Made by a program: the position numbers and the translations under genes | Notes under the pieces: model-generated | The model's database searches: none | Seen by the model: only the letters and a program-made list of their open reading frames with translations | Told to the model about the DNA's origin: nothing | Assembly: GCA_963787835.1 (NCBI GenBank) | Contig: CAWBEI010000005.1 | Coordinates: forward strand, 1 to 64,000 | Source of the DNA: Ignavibacteriota bacterium | Lineage (GTDB): Bacteria > Bacteroidota > Ignavibacteria > Palsa-1295 | Direction: 5' to 3' | DNA: 64,000 nucleotides | Shown here: positions 61,162 through 64,000 of the stretch, one piece after another | Position numbering within the stretch: position 1 is the stretch's first letter | How the letters are laid out: the number at the start of each line of letters is the position of its first letter

Positions 61162-62529
61162 CTATTGCAACGTTTTAAGAATGCAAATTCTATAAGGACC
61201 TATCCCGGGCGGTTCGGCTACACTTGGAGCGGCGCTATAAACAATGGAATGGTCGTCAGGGGACCACTCTGGAAATATGCAATCCCAATATCCTTCGGTT
61301 GTTGGGTTTGCGCTTAAAGTTCTTCGAAAACCAGTAGCGCGATCGATAATTCCGATTTCCCCTTGGTACACTTCGTCGTAATGGGAAAAGGTATTAAAAG
61401 GATAGTTGCTGTACAATATTTTCGTTCCATCATGGCTATAACGTACCCACAGAGCGGGATTCAGCGTAGCCGTATCAAAAACAACTGGTATTGTATCGAA
61501 TGTGTGAAACGCAAGGTCATACTCTATCACGAGCGGGGCACGGAACTGAGATGTAGCGCCAATGAGTAATTTTTTCCCGTCAGGACTTACGTCAAAACCG
61601 TTTACCATCTCGATTGGTCCTAAGTCGGAAATATAATGTAGTAACAGAGTTTTTGTGTTCGCCTTTCGGTCGAAAAAATAATATCCTGCATTAGGTGGAT
61701 TTGGAGTCGTATCTGACCAGTCACCGTATGTATAATAAATAATTGTATCATCTCCCCCTCGATAATAAACAGCGCTGGAAACGTATGGGGTATCAAAATA
61801 TATACTTGAACCTGATTGAGTTCCAAACTCTTCCATGGTGCCATCGAACCCCACATAGTCACTCCATGTGGTAACAGAGAGAAGATGATTTCCGTCGGAA
61901 TCTGGCGTCAAGGAGCATGTGCCAATTGGAGAAATCGCATTCAATGCGGGATTTAAAATTAGATTAGATACAAGGTTTAAGTTAGAATCAAGCTTCCAAA
62001 AACCTGGCGGCGGTGAATAATAAATTCGATTTCCGATCCACGCTGTTCCAAAGGGTTGCCCGGTCACAGTATCTTTCAAAACTGTATCAAAGTAAGTAAT
62101 GGGTAATTGTATTATGTTCGTATCGATTGCATATTCACTGAATGTAATGCTGTCAAAACTCTCACCTAAACCTCGAATAACATGAGAAGTTATTCGGAAT
62201 GAAGTGTAAGGTATATTTCCATTATTGGTGTCAAGGGCAAAATTCAAATTAAAGAATCCGACGGAATCTTTTGAAATAGTTATTGAATCAATATTTGAAC
62301 CATAAAAAATTGTTGGGTAAGTAGGAGGTGGTCCGGCATCGAAAACCTGGACTGCATTGTAGTGAGGCCATTCGGTTGGAGTGAGTTTCATGCTTTCCAA
62401 GCTATCAACACTATAGCTAACGGAATCCCCGTTCGCGAGATGGATAACCATATTCAATTGCGCGCGCGCACTAATTGCGACAAAAAAAATGGCGCAAAAG
62501 GTAAAAAACAGAGATATAACTGTTTTCAT
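61162..62529 (-). CDS. Secreted TolB/PD40-like beta-propeller protein
   Basis: Signal peptide, DVSPDGKKL, YSHDGTKILYS, PEWSPDDHSIVYS. Confidence 0.75.
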   Translation of the reverse strand: MKTVISLFFTFCAIFFVAISARAQLNMVIHLANGDSVSYSVDSLESMKLTPTEWPHYNAVQVFDAGPPPTYPTIFYGSNIDSITISKDSVGFFNLNFALDTNNGNIPYTSFRITSHVIRGLGESFDSITFSEYAIDTNIIQLPITYFDTVLKDTVTGQPFGTAWIGNRIYYSPPPGFWKLDSNLNLVSNLILNPALNAISPIGTCSLTPDSDGNHLLSVTTWSDYVGFDGTMEEFGTQSGSSIYFDTPYVSSAVYYRGGDDTIIYYTYGDWSDTTPNPPNAGYYFFDRKANTKTLLLHYISDLGPIEMVNGFDVSPDGKKLLIGATSQFRAPLVIEYDLAFHTFDTIPVVFDTATLNPALWVRYSHDGTKILYSNYPFNTFSHYDEVYQGEIGIIDRATGFRRTLSANPTTEGYWDCIFPEWSPDDHSIVYSAAPSVAEPPGIGPYRICILKTLQ

Positions 62530-63005
62530 TTGATAACCACCATTTCCTTCGTTTGTACTTCATTCCCGAATCGCACTTCATAGAAATACGCCCCAGTCGG
62601 CACTGGCATACCTCGATCATCAAGTCCGTCCCATGCAACTTGATTTTGTGAAGTTGTACAATTAGGCATTTCAATCTGTCGGACAACTTCTCCTTTGCTA
62701 TCGAAAATCGAAATATTTACATTTCCCAGCGTTGGGATGGAAAACTCAAAGTTTGTTCCAGCTCGTACTGGGTTCGGGAAGCTGGGTGAGACTTGCAGGC
62801 TGGGCGCATTCGGCGTGGTTTGCACCCCGCTTGCTGTTGTCGAATCGAACGTTATTTTACGAATGGAAGCGAGAGAAATCGCCACTCGTTGTCCGTTTTT
62901 GAGTTTTACAATAAGGCTATCACCAACGCCTTGTGCTTCGGCGTTACAAAAGGTAATAAGAAGTAGCAAACTAGCAAAAAAAGCTCTCATCATAGCATTC
63001 TTCAC
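62526..63005 (-). CDS. Small secreted protein with FlgD-Ig/T9SS C-terminal domain
   Basis: SFPNP...IFDSKGEVVR...WDGLDDRG..VPTGAYFY...KEMVVIK. Confidence 0.8.
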   Translation of the reverse strand: MKNAMMRAFFASLLLLITFCNAEAQGVGDSLIVKLKNGQRVAISLASIRKITFDSTTASGVQTTPNAPSLQVSPSFPNPVRAGTNFEFSIPTLGNVNISIFDSKGEVVRQIEMPNCTTSQNQVAWDGLDDRGMPVPTGAYFYEVRFGNEVQTKEMVVIK

Positions 63006-63116
63006 TCAAAATCTAAAAAATTGAACAGACTCTTAATTTAGAACACCCGAACATTCATTTCGTTTCATGAAAATACAAAGATATTATTCCGGTAATATGC
63101 CGTGCTGCAATTCACA

Positions 63117-63154
63117 AGCGCGTAGGTCGAGCGAGGATGCTCGACCTACGCGCT
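63117..63154. repeat. Perfect 16-bp hairpin, GTAG-type REP-like
   Basis: AGCGCGTAGGTCGAGC-GAGGAT-GCTCGACCTACGCGCT. Confidence 0.8.
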
Positions 63155-63286
63155 CCTACATTGATAGTGTTGAAAAATTAACGTACAAAATGATGCACAA
63201 AAATGAATTTCATATTGATCGAATTGTAATTTCGGAATCATCCTCAAATCGATAAGATTTTGTTACCTCTTCTTTCCATGTATCCC

Positions 63287-63634
63287 ATGAAAACTGAACT
63301 TACCCGTTTCCGAATCAAGAAAGGCATGTCCGCGCGCGTGGATGAGTGGCATGCTACGCTAAATGCTCGCAAAGCCGAGTGCCTCGAAACCCTCGAACGC
63401 GAGAAGATGTACGTCGAAGCGATCTTTCGAGAAAAGATCGGCGACGAAGAGTTTATCTATTGGCTCTCCGTGCAAGGGGAGGCCGCTGAGAGCATCGAAA
63501 CATCACCATACCCGATCGACGCCATTCACCGCGAGTTCGGCGATGAATGTATCGACCGAACCTACCCTCGTGTCGATCTTGATGCAAGCGTAATGTTCCT
63601 GTTGCCCCAGATCGCTATGGCTATAAAAGAATAG
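63287..63634 (+). CDS. DUF6176-like hypothetical protein
   Basis: MKTELTRFRIKKG.S.RVDEW...LETLEREKMYVEAIFRE...IDAIH pattern. Confidence 0.7.
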   Translation: MKTELTRFRIKKGMSARVDEWHATLNARKAECLETLEREKMYVEAIFREKIGDEEFIYWLSVQGEAAESIETSPYPIDAIHREFGDECIDRTYPRVDLDASVMFLLPQIAMAIKE

Positions 63635-63762
63635 CGAAAAAGCCTCAAATATCCCTCAATTTCTCTCAAAAAAAGGACTTAATCATCCCATAATTTCGTT
63701 ATCATTTATGCCCCTAAAACAGGGGAATCCCCATTTTTTATTACAATAGCAATCCATTCGTA

Positions 63763-63870
63763 TCTGATTTTTTGAGATCGAGTAGATTTGTGAGATTTGC
63801 CTATTCTAATCTCATAAATCCCAATAATCCAAGCATCGTGGGCGATGCGATAAATCACGGTTCAGACAAT
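63763..63870. repeat. Degenerate GATT/AATC nonamer inverted repeat upstream of gyrA
   Basis: ...agatttgtgagattt... versus aatctcataaatcccaataatcc...aaatcacggttcagacaa. Confidence 0.55.
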
Positions 63871-63871
63871 T

Positions 63872-64000
63872 ATGGCAACCATTACCGAAAAGATATTACC
63901 CCGTCAGCTTGAAGATGAAATGCGCGATTCGTACATCGACTATTCGATGTCCGTCATCGTCTCGCGCGCGTTGCCGGATGTTCGCGATGGACTGAAGCCG
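63872..64000 (+). CDS. gyrA: DNA gyrase subunit A (N-terminal fragment)
   Basis: [43 protein letters not shown]. Confidence 0.95.
   Translation, partial: MATITEKILPRQLEDEMRDSYIDYSMSVIVSRALPDVRDGLKP

Noticed and set aside
1-64000. CRISPR array, rRNA, integron or IS transposase
   Set aside because: No regularly spaced repeats, rRNA-like sequence, integrase or transposase ORFs were seen.

Overview
A 64-kb bacterial chromosome segment. T9SS-type C-terminal sorting domains, DUF2723/DUF3078/DUF1573 proteins and general gene style point to the Bacteroidota-Chlorobi-Ignavibacteria group, most like Ca. Kapabacteria (inference only). Left end (1-4149): tail-region remnant of a prophage (Pro-rich ORF, Ig-like ORF, tape measure protein), then dinB, an orphan antitoxin, a secreted protein and tRNA-Thr(CGT). 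Housekeeping blocks follow: AddB-like nuclease, RlmI-like methyltransferase, frameshifted purM, recQ, CBS/CGL, PBP2, mscL, an MNT-HEPN TA pair, lepA-lepB-hemW, a glycosylation cluster (two DUF2723/TMEM260-like, GT2, YfhO, GT9) and the start of gyrA. Two clusters of secreted/T9SS genes lie at 23.3-27.7 kb (+) and 51.5-63.0 kb (-). Main unexplained signals: (i) an ~260-bp non-coding element in two inverted copies (192-bp ungapped core, about 88% identical), each directly after a T9SS cargo gene; (ii) a four-hairpin intergenic region and a divergent HTH/helical-repeat protein at the head of the first cluster; (iii) a candidate protein O-glycosylation locus beside cargo proteins dense in D-[S/T]-[AILVMT] sequons; (iv) single-base frame breaks in purM and in a phage Ig domain. 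Family names come from motif recognition by eye, and all counts are hand counts; no database searches were run.
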